Below, piece by piece: positions 27,302 through 35,848 of a DNA stretch of 50,764 nucleotides. The DNA lies in the IMG/VR virus record IMGVR_UViG_3300049982_000125, positions 1 through 50,764 of that record; one strand, given 5' to 3'. The DNA comes from a virus (Duplodnaviria > Caudoviricetes). A model generated the notes under the pieces. That model searched no databases, was not told the DNA's origin, and saw only the letters and a program-made list of their open reading frames with translations. Every line of letters starts with the position of its first letter. Positions within the stretch are counted from its first letter, which is position 1. Position numbers and translations under genes: made by a program.

Positions 27302-27901
27302 CTACTCCCGGCTCCGCCCGGCGCCGACCGCCGCCCATCGATTGCTCAGCGCCCGCAGCGCGTCCCGGAACCGCTCGGCAATATACGCCGCCCGCCGCTC
27401 GGTCTCCGGGCCGGTCATCGCGGCCACGCCGCGGTAGTTGCGCCCTTCACCGAGGATCCGGCGGAGGATCATCGCGTCCATCTCGCCCAGGTCGCGCCGT
27501 AGCTTGTCGTCCAGCGCCGTGATCGCCTGCGCCGCCTCGACGCCGCGCTCGATGGCGTTGTTGACCGCCACGGACGCCGCGATCCGGTCCCCGCCGCGCC
27601 AGTTGCTCGAGCCGGGCCCGCGGGCGCGCTCATAGGTCCGCTGGATCTGCCGGCCGATCTGGTATTCCGCCTCGTCGAGCCGGCCGTGGCTGCGCTCGAG
27701 CTCCAAGATGTCGGCCACCCTGTTGACGGTCGCCCGGACGTACCCGCGGCGGCCATCGGCGTCCGGGTACGGGTCCTGGACCGCGACGATGGCCGTGCGG
27801 ATCCGGAGGCTTGGCGCCGGCGCGCCCAAGCCGACATCGGCGGCGACGCGAATGGTCTGCTGGTTGTACCTGCCGGGCGGGCGCGGCCGATTGGCGATCA
27901 T
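27302..27901 (-). CDS. Putative late regulator / Q-like antiterminator (DUF6456-like)
   Basis: LERSHGRLDEAEYQIG...ILRRILGEG...RFRDALRAL; last large gene of the early-right arm before the pR'/tR'-like unit. Confidence 0.6.
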   Translation of the reverse strand: MIANRPRPPGRYNQQTIRVAADVGLGAPAPSLRIRTAIVAVQDPYPDADGRRGYVRATVNRVADILELERSHGRLDEAEYQIGRQIQRTYERARGPGSSNWRGGDRIAASVAVNNAIERGVEAAQAITALDDKLRRDLGEMDAMILRRILGEGRNYRGVAAMTGPETERRAAYIAERFRDALRALSNRWAAVGAGRSRE

Positions 27902-27965
27902 GATGGTTCCCTGGTGCGGAGACACCATCCGGGATGACCTGTCTCACGGTCAACCGGGCTACCAC

Positions 27966-28265
27966 CTATGCGAGCGGCACCCGGTCGTGGCTCAGCCCCT
28001 CGGCGATTTGCCGCAGCGCGACGTCGCGGTGCCGGTACAGGGTCGCCCGGGACGCGCCAACTTCCCGGCACAGCCCGGCCAGCGACGAGCCCGACGCCGT
28101 GCACGTCACCCAGCGCAGCAGGGCCGTCCGCTCCGGCCCGCTGCCCAGATACCGGTCGGCCAGGCGCCGCGCGACGTAGTGTGCGCCCGTGACCTTGCCG
28201 GTGTAGCGCAGGTGCTCGCGGACAAGCTCGGCGGTCCATGCGTGCGGCGACGTCGCTGCGTCCAT
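27966..28265 (-). CDS. Hypothetical HTH protein
   Basis: SLAGLCREVGASRATLYRH HTH. Confidence 0.55.
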   Translation of the reverse strand: MDAATSPHAWTAELVREHLRYTGKVTGAHYVARRLADRYLGSGPERTALLRWVTCTASGSSLAGLCREVGASRATLYRHRDVALRQIAEGLSHDRVPLA

Positions 28266-28310
28266 CCTCTCGGTCCGGCGGCAAATCGTTTGTACACGAA
28301 CGATAGCACA

Positions 28311-28529
28311 TTACGGGGCCGGCGACGCGAGTGTAGGCCCGGCTCGATACTCCCAGCGCCACGAGGTGGGGCCCCCTGGTTCGTAGCGAGGGGCGCCCTT
28401 CCGCTCCACCCACTCCAACCACCGACAGTCGTGCGGGCCGACGCGCGCCGGGCGCCAAGCGAACCACGGGTGCCACCGCTGCCGCCGATGGACTTCGTCC
28501 TCCCACGACAGGCCGCAATCGAACTTCAT
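28311..28529 (-). CDS. Hypothetical Trp-rich protein
   Basis: WHPWFAWRP...WLEWVERK motif; ATGA coupling. Confidence 0.6.
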   Translation of the reverse strand: MKFDCGLSWEDEVHRRQRWHPWFAWRPARVGPHDCRWLEWVERKGAPRYEPGGPTSWRWEYRAGPTLASPAP

Positions 28530-29197
28530 GGGGCGCGCTCCGCCGGCCGCGCCCCGCCCCGCTCAGCGAACGGCTCCACGAACCGGAGCATCCGAGCGCG
28601 CATATCGGCGCAGTACCCGTCGTCGTGCTCCGTGGGGTCGTCGACGACTTCCGCCGCCAGCAGCCGCGCCAGCAAATCGCGCTGGTGCTTGGCCAGCAGC
28701 ACCACCCCTTCCGCGAGCCCGCGCAGAATTGGCGGCGACGGGGCGAAATTGTAGTTCTGCTCCCCCGCGTCTTTCCGGAGCCACCGACGGCACGCCTCGG
28801 CAATGGCCCAGGCCGGCAGATCGTCGAGGGCGGTCATGTAGCCGCGGGCTCGAGCCTTGGCGCCCGACTCGCTTAGCTGATGCCCGCCGAACGACAGCAG
28901 CAGTTCCGCCACCTTGGCCATGGCTACGTCGTTGTTGACGGCCCGCAAAGACGCGTCCAGGTCCCTGACCCGCCGCTCAAGGCCGGCCCGGGCCTGCGGC
29001 GATGGCGCGAGGCTCCGGGCAATCGTCCAGATCGGCATCCGGGCCGGCCTCCCATCCTCCCGCGTCACCGGCATAGAGCCGGCTGTCAGGCCGCTCAGCG
29101 AGCGCTGCAGCGAATCCGGCAATGAGAGCGTCCCCAGCGAGCGGTCGAGCGCCAGCGCGGGAACGGGCTGAAGTTTGGCCGGGGTGGTCGGGGGCAT
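28526..29197 (-). CDS. Replication-associated protein (helicase loader-like position); start uncertain
   Basis: YMTALDDLPAWAIAEACRRW...FAPSP motif; follows the initiator gene. Confidence 0.6.
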   Translation of the reverse strand: MPPTTPAKLQPVPALALDRSLGTLSLPDSLQRSLSGLTAGSMPVTREDGRPARMPIWTIARSLAPSPQARAGLERRVRDLDASLRAVNNDVAMAKVAELLLSFGGHQLSESGAKARARGYMTALDDLPAWAIAEACRRWLRKDAGEQNYNFAPSPPILRGLAEGVVLLAKHQRDLLARLLAAEVVDDPTEHDDGYCADMRARMLRFVEPFAERGGARPAERAP

Positions 29198-29786
29198 TGG
29201 GCCTTCCTGCCGGGATTGGAGCGGTTCGGGTGGCGTGGGCGTCGGCTATGGCGCCCTTGAAATATGCGAAGCTCGCCGGCGGCCCTTCCCGCGCTCGGCG
29301 CGTCATCACGGATCGGACGCCGGTGATCACGTCCTCGCGGCTCCAGCCGGCGCGCATGCCGGCGACGATGAGGTTCGGGAACCCGCACCAGCCCGGCGGG
29401 ACGTTGGCCGGGTCCAGGTCTGCGATCCTGGCGGCCTCGTCAGCGATGTCCATCGCTTGCTTCATCTCGCCGCCGTCTCGCGCTCGCGCGCCCTCAGCAG
29501 CAGCAGCGGGGGTGGGGGGAGAAGGGGTAGTTATATGGGGGGGTATGGGGGGGAAAGAAGAAGGGGAAGAGGGGGGCGGGGTGTCACGCGATGTCACACC
29601 CATGTCCGCGTCCGTCCGCGTGACATTGCGGACGTTTGCGCGGCTCCGGCGCTTGCGTTCGGCATCCCTGGCGCGCTTCTCGGCACGCTTGGCCTCTGCG
29701 GCATCCTGCTCCGCCTTGATCGCAGCGACGATCATCTCGGCGGTGGCGCCGGCCTTTACGAGAGCGTCGAGGATTTCGGCCTTCAT
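28977..29786 (-). CDS. Replication initiator (lambda O-like)
   Basis: KRARDAERKRRSR coil, then an iteron-coding VTRT/VTSRDT tract and Pro-rich linker; ATGA overlap at the start. Confidence 0.65.
   Translation of the reverse strand: MKAEILDALVKAGATAEMIVAAIKAEQDAAEAKRAEKRARDAERKRRSRANVRNVTRTDADMGVTSRDTPPPSSPSSFPPIPPHITTPSPPTPAAAAEGARARDGGEMKQAMDIADEAARIADLDPANVPPGWCGFPNLIVAGMRAGWSREDVITGVRSVMTRRAREGPPASFAYFKGAIADAHATRTAPIPAGRPNAPDHPGQTSARSRAGARPLAGDALIAGFAAALAERPDSRLYAGDAGGWEAGPDADLDDCPEPRAIAAGPGRP
29505..29636. other. Putative replication origin inside the initiator gene
   Basis: Clustered TGTCAC/GTCCGCG/GTGACA repeats (29581-29636) next to a purine/G-run tract. Confidence 0.5.
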
Positions 29787-30373
29787 GGCTGCGCATCCCT
29801 CCGCAGCCACTGGATCTCCGGCCGGCCGTCGTAGCCGCGCAGCCAGACGGCCCACATGAAATCCTTGGTTCCATTGCCGGGCTTGCCGCCGGCGTCGACG
29901 AGGCGCCCGGGCGGCATGGACGGGCGCGGGGCCAGGATCCAGATCCGACGCAGCGGCGTCGTCTCCAGCCAGCGGCTGCGGGCCGCGCCGTTGAGCCAAG
30001 TCGTCGGCAGCAGCATCGCGACCTTGCGGGCCGACAGGCGGAGTGCTCGAGCCACGAACTCCTGCGAGCACCCGAATGGCGGGTTGCTGACGATGTTCTC
30101 GGTGCGGGCGCCGGATTTGAGGAAGTCGGTGATCTGGTAATAGTCGAACCCGCGATCGACGATGTCGCAGCCATATGCGGTAAGCCCCGCGGCCTTCGCG
30201 GCGCGCACGATGGCGCCGGATCCGGCGGCCGGATCGCAGACGCGGCCCTCGAACGTCTCGACCTGGAACAGCCGCTCGGAGCACCAGTCGGGCTCACGGT
30301 AATAGTCGTGCGGGTCGCGCGCCCAGACATGCGCGTTGCGCTCGCGCGATTCGGTGGCGGCAATGTCGGTCAC
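29783..30373 (-). CDS. Putative N6-adenine DNA methyltransferase
   Basis: DYYREPDW, DPAAGSGAI (SAM-binding), NIVSNPPF (catalytic). Confidence 0.8.
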   Translation of the reverse strand: MTDIAATESRERNAHVWARDPHDYYREPDWCSERLFQVETFEGRVCDPAAGSGAIVRAAKAAGLTAYGCDIVDRGFDYYQITDFLKSGARTENIVSNPPFGCSQEFVARALRLSARKVAMLLPTTWLNGAARSRWLETTPLRRIWILAPRPSMPPGRLVDAGGKPGNGTKDFMWAVWLRGYDGRPEIQWLRRDAQP

Positions 30374-30576
30374 AACCCCTCCCCGACCGCGGCGCGGATC
30401 TTCACCTCGTGCCGCTCCAGCCAGCGGAGGGTCGCGATAGCGGCCAGAAGCCTCTCGCGCAGCAGGTCGCCTTCGCTGTCTCGGCTGGCGAACCCGCCGC
30501 GCTTGAGGTTGGCGCGGCTCGCGAGGCGTGCGAAGTGCTCGATCGTCGATGCCTGGGCAGAGAGCGAGGTCTTCAC
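30370..30576 (-). CDS. Hypothetical protein
   Basis: 68 aa, coupled to neighbours; AAIATLRWL. Confidence 0.55.
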   Translation of the reverse strand: MKTSLSAQASTIEHFARLASRANLKRGGFASRDSEGDLLRERLLAAIATLRWLERHEVKIRAAVGEGL

Positions 30577-30905
30577 GCGGCCGCCTCGGACTGCGCTATG
30601 GCGAGCGCCTGCTGCAGTAGCGCCTCGTCGGCGTACAGGATGCGGGTGTTGTATTTTCCGCTCTGCCGTCCCCGCTCCAGGTTTTTCAGTGCCCGGGCGA
30701 GCAGGTCGGCGGGAGTTTCTGCCTTGAGGACGTCCGACCGGTGGAAGGCGTAATGGGCAGCTTGGTCGGCCTCGGGATCGTCCGCCTTCCGCCTGCGGGC
30801 CTGCAAATCGGAAACCGCGGTATGGACGATGCTCGACGGCTTAAGGACGGCCAGACTCGTCCCGTGCTGCCGCAACATCTCGCGCTCTGCCGCCTTGCCC
30901 ATCAC
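30573..30905 (-). CDS. Hypothetical protein
   Basis: 110 aa, coupled to neighbours. Confidence 0.55.
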   Translation of the reverse strand: MMGKAAEREMLRQHGTSLAVLKPSSIVHTAVSDLQARRRKADDPEADQAAHYAFHRSDVLKAETPADLLARALKNLERGRQSGKYNTRILYADEALLQQALAIAQSEAAA

Positions 30906-31186
30906 GACACCCTCCCGGTCGCACGCTCGATCGCCGCCTTCCCAAGAGGGAGGTCGGCCAGCATGCCGAGCGCGTGCATGTACGTGTCCACGATCGCCTC
31001 GCGCTCGGACCTTTCCTTCGCGTCCTGCTTCCGCAAGCGCACGACCTCGCGCAACGCCTTCACGTCGTAGCCGTTGCCCTTGGCCTCGGCGTAGACGTCG
31101 CGGATGTCGGACGCGATGGCGTCCTTTTCCTCGGTCAGGCGCTCGATGCGCTCGACGATGGCTTTCAGTTGTGCGTCGGCGCTCAT
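30902..31186 (-). CDS. gapR: GapR/DUF2312-family nucleoid-associated protein
   Basis: [48 protein letters not shown]...YMHALGM. Confidence 0.92.
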   Translation of the reverse strand: MSADAQLKAIVERIERLTEEKDAIASDIRDVYAEAKGNGYDVKALREVVRLRKQDAKERSEREAIVDTYMHALGMLADLPLGKAAIERATGRVS

Positions 31187-31431
31187 GCGATTTCCTTCAC
31201 GGGCGCCGGCTCGACCATCCTGCGCGGCGGCGGTGGAAGCGGCATCCAGTGGGAGAACCACCCCTGCATATGTTTCGGGAATACCGCGCTCCCTGTTTCG
31301 TCGCGCAGCCAACAATTGAGCCCGTCGTTCCATTTCGCGATGTAGCGGAAGAACTTTCCCTGGTACTCCAGTGCGAGCAGGATGCTGGTCCCGTCCTTCG
31401 GCGCCGTCTCGATCGGTTGCCACGCGCTCAT
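31183..31431 (-). CDS. DUF551-like protein
   Basis: [11 protein letters not shown]...[10 protein letters not shown]. Confidence 0.8.
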   Translation of the reverse strand: MSAWQPIETAPKDGTSILLALEYQGKFFRYIAKWNDGLNCWLRDETGSAVFPKHMQGWFSHWMPLPPPPRRMVEPAPVKEIA

Positions 31432-31982
31432 CACTTCACCCTCGGCATGAACGCGACGCTGCAATGGTGCGGGCACCACGACCGGCCGGGCTCGACGGGG
31501 TGAGCGCAGCACAGCGCGCCGTCGTCCTCGCAGATCCATTTGCATTGCCCGGTCCGGGTGCTCAGCAGCGGCACCAGCAGCGGCGCGACGGTCGGCTCAG
31601 CGACGACCGCAGCGGCCCGCTCTTTGAACCGATCCCGGCGCCGGCCGAAGCTGATCGCCTTGCCCGGGGACGGCTTGTTGGCGAGTTGCCGCTTGCGCTC
31701 CCGCAGTTGTGCCGCGACCTGCACCGCGGATTGGCCCCGCAGTTGCGCTGTGATCTTCGCCCCGATCTTGGCTGCGATCGGAACCGACAGGCCGAGGCGG
31801 TGAATCTTGCCCAGCACGGCGCTGCGGGTGACCCCGCCGAGCGTGACCGCGATATCGGAGGCCGATGCGCCGTTTTTGTGCATCTCCCTCAGTCGGCCAA
31901 CCCGTTCATCGGTCCAGTCAATCCGCGGCAAGAACACGCCAGCCGGCGCGCCGACCTCGATGATCCCGTGAATGTTCAGCAT
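31431..31982 (-). CDS. gcrA: GcrA-family cell-cycle transcription regulator
   Basis: WTDERVGRL...GASASDIA...[17 protein letters not shown]; C-terminal CKW...CC...WCPHH. Confidence 0.88.
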   Translation of the reverse strand: MLNIHGIIEVGAPAGVFLPRIDWTDERVGRLREMHKNGASASDIAVTLGGVTRSAVLGKIHRLGLSVPIAAKIGAKITAQLRGQSAVQVAAQLRERKRQLANKPSPGKAISFGRRRDRFKERAAAVVAEPTVAPLLVPLLSTRTGQCKWICEDDGALCCAHPVEPGRSWCPHHCSVAFMPRVK

Positions 31983-31997
31983 GACCCCCCTCCTCGT

Positions 31998-32402
31998 TTA
32001 CGCCTCTTCGCCACGCGCTCCAGCAGCCGCAGTTGCTGTCGAGCGCTCCACCACTTCTGAAGTGCCTTCCAAAGCCGCATTGATTTCGTCCCTAAGCTCG
32101 CGGGCCCTCGCGAGTGTTCTTTCGGTGTCGCGCTCGATGAGCGTGCACACTCGGTCGTACTGATCGAGGATCGACCAGCCGACCGACCAATCTGGTTGCT
32201 TTGCGTCCGGCCGGCCGGCGATGAACTTTCGCAGCCAGCACGCGGACGTTCCGATGCGCGACGCCACGGTTTTGTAGGCGTCCATGCGCGACCCGGTCTG
32301 CCGCTCTTCGTAGCCGACCCAGATGGTCACCGCGTCACGCGCTCGCCCCGTCATTTCAGCCGCCCTAGACATTGGCGATCTACTTCCTCGTTTTGCGCAC
32401 AC
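31998..32402 (-). CDS. CII-like HTH regulator
   Basis: AYKTVASRIGTSACWLRKFI HTH; SD GGAGG before the GTG; position downstream of cro. Confidence 0.55.
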   Translation of the reverse strand: MCAKRGSRSPMSRAAEMTGRARDAVTIWVGYEERQTGSRMDAYKTVASRIGTSACWLRKFIAGRPDAKQPDWSVGWSILDQYDRVCTLIERDTERTLARARELRDEINAALEGTSEVVERSTATAAAGARGEEA

Positions 32403-32551
32403 TTGAACAATCCTCCATGCGACGTTGCTCGGCATGGAGGAGTTGGACGACACCAAACCAGACACGTGGCGACCGCTGCACGCGGTCGTAGATCGCATCA
32501 TCGCCGGGCTCGCAGCGTCCTTTGCCGAGGACGCGGGCGAGACGGAAAAAC

Positions 32552-32665
32552 TCAGTCAGGCCGATTGCCGTCGGCCGAAAGCCCGCGCACCAGAAGTGCC
32601 AGCAGAACCAGCGAAGGCGTCAGTGCGAACATGACGCCGAGGAAGAAGGATTGGAGATTGGTCAT
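32552..32665 (-). CDS. Small membrane peptide
   Basis: MTNLQSFFLGVMFALTPSLVLLALLV; ATGA coupling. Confidence 0.45.
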   Translation of the reverse strand: MTNLQSFFLGVMFALTPSLVLLALLVRGLSADGNRPD

Positions 32666-32862
32666 GCCGTCACCTTGTCGGTCGGCCGGAAACGGCTCGC
32701 GCGGAAGGCAAACCAATCACCGACCTCGCGCAGCGCCACGCCCTGGCGCCCGCTTGTGAAATCGACGTCTCGGATGACCGTGTAGACCGCGCCCTCAGTG
32801 AGAACGTCGGGAAACTCGCTGGCGTCTATACAGACGACGGAATCTCCAACTTCGAAGCTCAT
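32662..32862 (-). CDS. Hypothetical protein (SH3-like)
   Basis: FEVGDSVVCIDA...GAVYTV...ASRFRP. Confidence 0.6.
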   Translation of the reverse strand: MSFEVGDSVVCIDASEFPDVLTEGAVYTVIRDVDFTSGRQGVALREVGDWFAFRASRFRPTDKVTA

Positions 32863-33095
32863 GACCCCTGCTCCCCCAGAAAAGACGGGCGCGCCCAGTG
32901 GTTTGGGTCAGAGCGCGCCCGCTCAGTTGCCGCCGCGCAGGGGTCGTCCAGCGGCGGATTGGAATTGATTGTGACGACGATGGCGCCGAGCCGATCGGCG
33001 AAGCCCAGCAGGGCTTGGTGCCGCGCGGCGTCAGTGACGCGGCGTGCGCGGGCGAACGCCTCCGGGCTCCAATCGATCGCGGGCAAGAGGGTCAT
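32859..33095 (-). CDS. Hypothetical protein
   Basis: ATGA-coupled chain of small ORFs. Confidence 0.45.
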   Translation of the reverse strand: MTLLPAIDWSPEAFARARRVTDAARHQALLGFADRLGAIVVTINSNPPLDDPCAAATERARSDPNHWARPSFLGEQGS

Positions 33096-33238
33096 GCTGG
33101 GGGCATCCTGTTGCCGTCGCGCCGGTCCGCGACCGACAGCGCGCACGCCAGCAGCGTCCACCAGACACCGACCGCGAGCGCGATGATCATCAGCGGCACG
33201 GAGACGATCATGGCGGTGGCGACGAGCGCGTCAGTCAT
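33092..33238 (-). CDS. Small membrane peptide
   Basis: Hydrophobic 48-aa ORF; ATGA coupling. Confidence 0.45.
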   Translation of the reverse strand: MTDALVATAMIVSVPLMIIALAVGVWWTLLACALSVADRRDGNRMPPA

Positions 33239-33498
33239 GACGCCCTCAGCGCGCGCTGCTTGAGCCGAGGATGAGGCACGCCAGCCGGCCAGCCGGCACC
33301 CTCGGGCCAGTTCTCGACGAACCAGGTCATCGCCTCGTCGTATTTTCTGGCGGTGAACGTCTTCCCGTCCTCGGCGCGGTCGAAAAACCGCCAGTCGCCC
33401 AGCACCCGCTGGGCGACCGTTGAAAGAGCAATTCCCTTCGCCGCGCAGTAAGCGTCGGCGCAGGATCGGAGGTGTTGCAGGAGCTGGGGTTCGATCAT
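33235..33498 (-). CDS. cro: Cro-like repressor
   Basis: ADAYCAAKGIALSTVAQRVLGDWRFF...WFVENWPEGAGWP; divergent from the CI gene. Confidence 0.75.
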   Translation of the reverse strand: MIEPQLLQHLRSCADAYCAAKGIALSTVAQRVLGDWRFFDRAEDGKTFTARKYDEAMTWFVENWPEGAGWPAGVPHPRLKQRALRAS

Positions 33499-33506
33499 GG
33501 TCGGGC

Positions 33507-33580
33507 ACGATAGTCGGTTATTTCCGACTTTGCAATCGGAAAAATCGGACGTGCGCGAAACCGGAGAAAGTCGGATATAC
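33507..33580. promoter_or_regulatory. OR operator region and pR promoter
   Basis: Palindrome AGTCGG-N6-CCGACT at 33512-33529 lies between minus-strand TTGCAA-17 bp-TATCGT; additional half sites AATCGGA and AGTCGGA. Confidence 0.75.
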
Positions 33581-33586
33581 GCGGCC

Positions 33587-34318
33587 GTGCGCCCGACCCT
33601 AAAACACCGTATTGAGAAGCTCTTGGAGAAAGAGCAGATCAACCCCGCCGAGGCGGGGCGGCGGGGCGGTGTGGGCCGGACGCTAATCTACGACATCCTG
33701 AAGGAAAAGACGAAGAACCTTCGCGGCGACACAGCCAACAAGCTCGCGGCCGCTCTCGATTGCGACGTGGCCTATCTCACTGGCGAGCAGCCGGAACCAA
33801 GAAAGCACAGCGAGAGTTTGGAGAAGGCGTTAACCACGGGCGTGGTGTCGGCACCGGTCGTGGGTGACATTGCTGCCGGCGTCTGGCACGAATCAAATCC
33901 GTTTACCGTTTTCGACCCGGATTCCCGCCCGGATAACGAAGAAACGCCACTGGTGCCCTACGTGCCGGACCCGAAGTTTAGCGGCCTGAAGCAGTTCGCG
34001 GTGAGGGTTAAAGGGCCTTCGGTCAACAAGGTCATCCCGGACGGATATTACGCGATCTGCGTGCCCTACTGGGAGGCCCGGACGGCTATCCAGGACGGCG
34101 ACCTCGTCGTGGTGGAACGCACCCGCGCGGGCCTGCATGAAGGGACCATCAAGAAGGTCGCTCGGGTGCGCGGCGGTTACGAGCTGCGACCCGATTCCGA
34201 TGACCCTCGCCACCGCGATCCCATTGTCCTGGCGGCCGACCTCGAGCACGACAAAAACGACCCGGACGTGCGAGTCGAAATCGTCGGGCTAGTCATTGGG
34301 AAGTACTCGCCGCTGTGA
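33587..34318 (+). CDS. cI: CI repressor (HTH + S24 peptidase)
   Basis: N-terminal HTH, VGDIAAG cleavage site, VKGPSVN (Ser), TIKK (Lys). Confidence 0.9.
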   Translation: MRPTLKHRIEKLLEKEQINPAEAGRRGGVGRTLIYDILKEKTKNLRGDTANKLAAALDCDVAYLTGEQPEPRKHSESLEKALTTGVVSAPVVGDIAAGVWHESNPFTVFDPDSRPDNEETPLVPYVPDPKFSGLKQFAVRVKGPSVNKVIPDGYYAICVPYWEARTAIQDGDLVVVERTRAGLHEGTIKKVARVRGGYELRPDSDDPRHRDPIVLAADLEHDKNDPDVRVEIVGLVIGKYSPL

Positions 34319-34320
34319 CG

Positions 34321-34374
34321 TAGTCGGTTTTTTCCGACAACCTTGTTGACAGTCGGATGTTTCCGACTTAGGGT
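34321..34374 (+). promoter_or_regulatory. OL operators and pL promoter
   Basis: AGTCGG-TTTTTT-CCGACA (34322-34339) and AGTCGG-ATGTTT-CCGACT (34351-34368); TTGACA-17 bp-TAGGGT. Confidence 0.8.
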
Positions 34375-34383
34375 GCTCTCCAC

Positions 34384-34701
34384 AAACGGAGAGCGCCCAT
34401 GTCCACCGACCCCGACATTGACCTGAAAGAAGATCGGCTCTTCCACATCCGGGAGACCCTGATCCACAAGTGCGTGTGTGCTCCGAAGGGCTGGAGCGCG
34501 GAGCGTGTCTCGGACGAGGCCACGCGCATGAATGCCCCCGGCACCTCTGCCAATCGCTGGGTGGTCAGCGACCCCGGCACGATGGACGACGACAACCCGT
34601 TCAAGACGAACCCGCTGCCGTGCAACGACGATCCGGAGCGCGTGCACTGGCTCCTGAATTGTTGAGCCGCGTCCAGAAACGGAGAGCGCCCATGCCCACC
34701 G
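34384..34701 (+). repeat. 25-bp direct repeat at two consecutive gene starts
   Basis: AAACGGAGAGCGCCCATG(T/C)CCACCG at 34384-34408 and 34677-34701. Confidence 0.85.
34399..34665 (+). CDS. Hypothetical protein
   Basis: 88 aa, SD GGAG, first gene after pL. Confidence 0.7.
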   Translation: MSTDPDIDLKEDRLFHIRETLIHKCVCAPKGWSAERVSDEATRMNAPGTSANRWVVSDPGTMDDDNPFKTNPLPCNDDPERVHWLLNC

Positions 34702-34913
34702 CAGACCTCCCCACCTTCCCTGACGAAGACGAACTCCCCGACGATTACCCGGTGTACGGGGGCTACCTCTACGTTGCTGACGGAGAGGTCTACCGCAGCG
34801 ACTGGCACTGCATCACCGTGCGCGAACTCAAGGCGCGCACCGGCTTCAAAGAGATCCGCTGCTGCAACATAGCGGCGCGCCGAGCCGCCATCGACGCCGA
34901 GGTGGCGTCATGA
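34692..34913 (+). CDS. Hypothetical protein
   Basis: 73 aa, same RBS context as the preceding gene. Confidence 0.7.
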   Translation: MPTADLPTFPDEDELPDDYPVYGGYLYVADGEVYRSDWHCITVRELKARTGFKEIRCCNIAARRAAIDAEVAS

Positions 34914-35407
34914 GCTGGGCCACCATTATCCGCGACCTCGCTGGCCACCGCATCGGAACCGTTCCTGCGTGGGAGCCCGACCGTTGGGCCGCGATCTGCG
35001 CCAAGGCGTCCCGCGAACTGGATGTCGATCCCAACGACCTGTCCTGCGAGGACGATGAAGACGGCGTCGAATGGCTCGTCGTTGACGGCCTCCGGGTCGG
35101 GACCATCGAGCAGGAGCGCGACTGCTCGATCAAGAGCATGTGCAAGACGATGCTGCGCTGCGGAGCCGACCACCAAGCGGTGCGCACTCGATACAAGCGC
35201 CCGCTCGTCCGATTTCTCCCTGCGGGCTGCGGGATCCACAGCGCCATCTTCCTGATCGACAAGGCGCACGAACGCGAGTCAACCCGCGAACTCTCCGAGC
35301 TGCGCATCATCGCGCGGTGGATCTGCCGGTATCGCCGCGACGAGGCGGCCGAGATCATCGACGCCGTGCGCGTGAGGCGGCGGGCGTTTCAGCAGGCGGC
35401 GGAGTGA
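34910..35407 (+). CDS. Hypothetical protein
   Basis: 165 aa, ATGA coupling. Confidence 0.6.
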   Translation: MSWATIIRDLAGHRIGTVPAWEPDRWAAICAKASRELDVDPNDLSCEDDEDGVEWLVVDGLRVGTIEQERDCSIKSMCKTMLRCGADHQAVRTRYKRPLVRFLPAGCGIHSAIFLIDKAHERESTRELSELRIIARWICRYRRDEAAEIIDAVRVRRRAFQQAAE

Positions 35408-35410
35408 GTC

Positions 35411-35668
35411 ATGAGCGCGGGTGTTAAGTTTCAAGAAGTGGCGGTCTACGCGACCAAGGCCAGCAAGTGCGATTGCGGCAAGCGTCGCAGTCGCAAACAG
35501 AAATTCTGGCAGACGATAAACCCCTTCAACAAGAACGCCGCGGGCCAACCGAAGTCGCGCGCCGAAATCCGCCAAGAACTTGCAGCCGAAGCAATGGCCT
35601 GGGAGGCCGAGCCGATCACGTGCTCAGCGTGCCGCGCCGCCATCGCGAAGGCCGGAGCGCGGCCATGA
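35411..35668 (+). CDS. Hypothetical Zn-finger-like protein
   Basis: CDCGK...CSAC; FWQTINPFN. Confidence 0.65.
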   Translation: MSAGVKFQEVAVYATKASKCDCGKRRSRKQKFWQTINPFNKNAAGQPKSRAEIRQELAAEAMAWEAEPITCSACRAAIAKAGARP

Positions 35669-35844
35669 CCCGCGAGCGCCTGATCATCTTCCCGGACGGA
35701 CCCGATCACCCGGTCGCGATCCCGATCGCCAACGGCTTCGTCCAGCGCATCGTGTCTGCGGTCTCTGGCTACGACGTCACCGACGCCCAGCGCGTCGCGA
35801 CGATCCTCAACAAGCATTTCGCCCAGGGCGGAACGGTGGAGTGA
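35665..35844 (+). CDS. Hypothetical protein
   Basis: 59 aa, ATGA coupling. Confidence 0.5.
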   Translation: MTRERLIIFPDGPDHPVAIPIANGFVQRIVSAVSGYDVTDAQRVATILNKHFAQGGTVE

Positions 35845-35848
35845 AATC

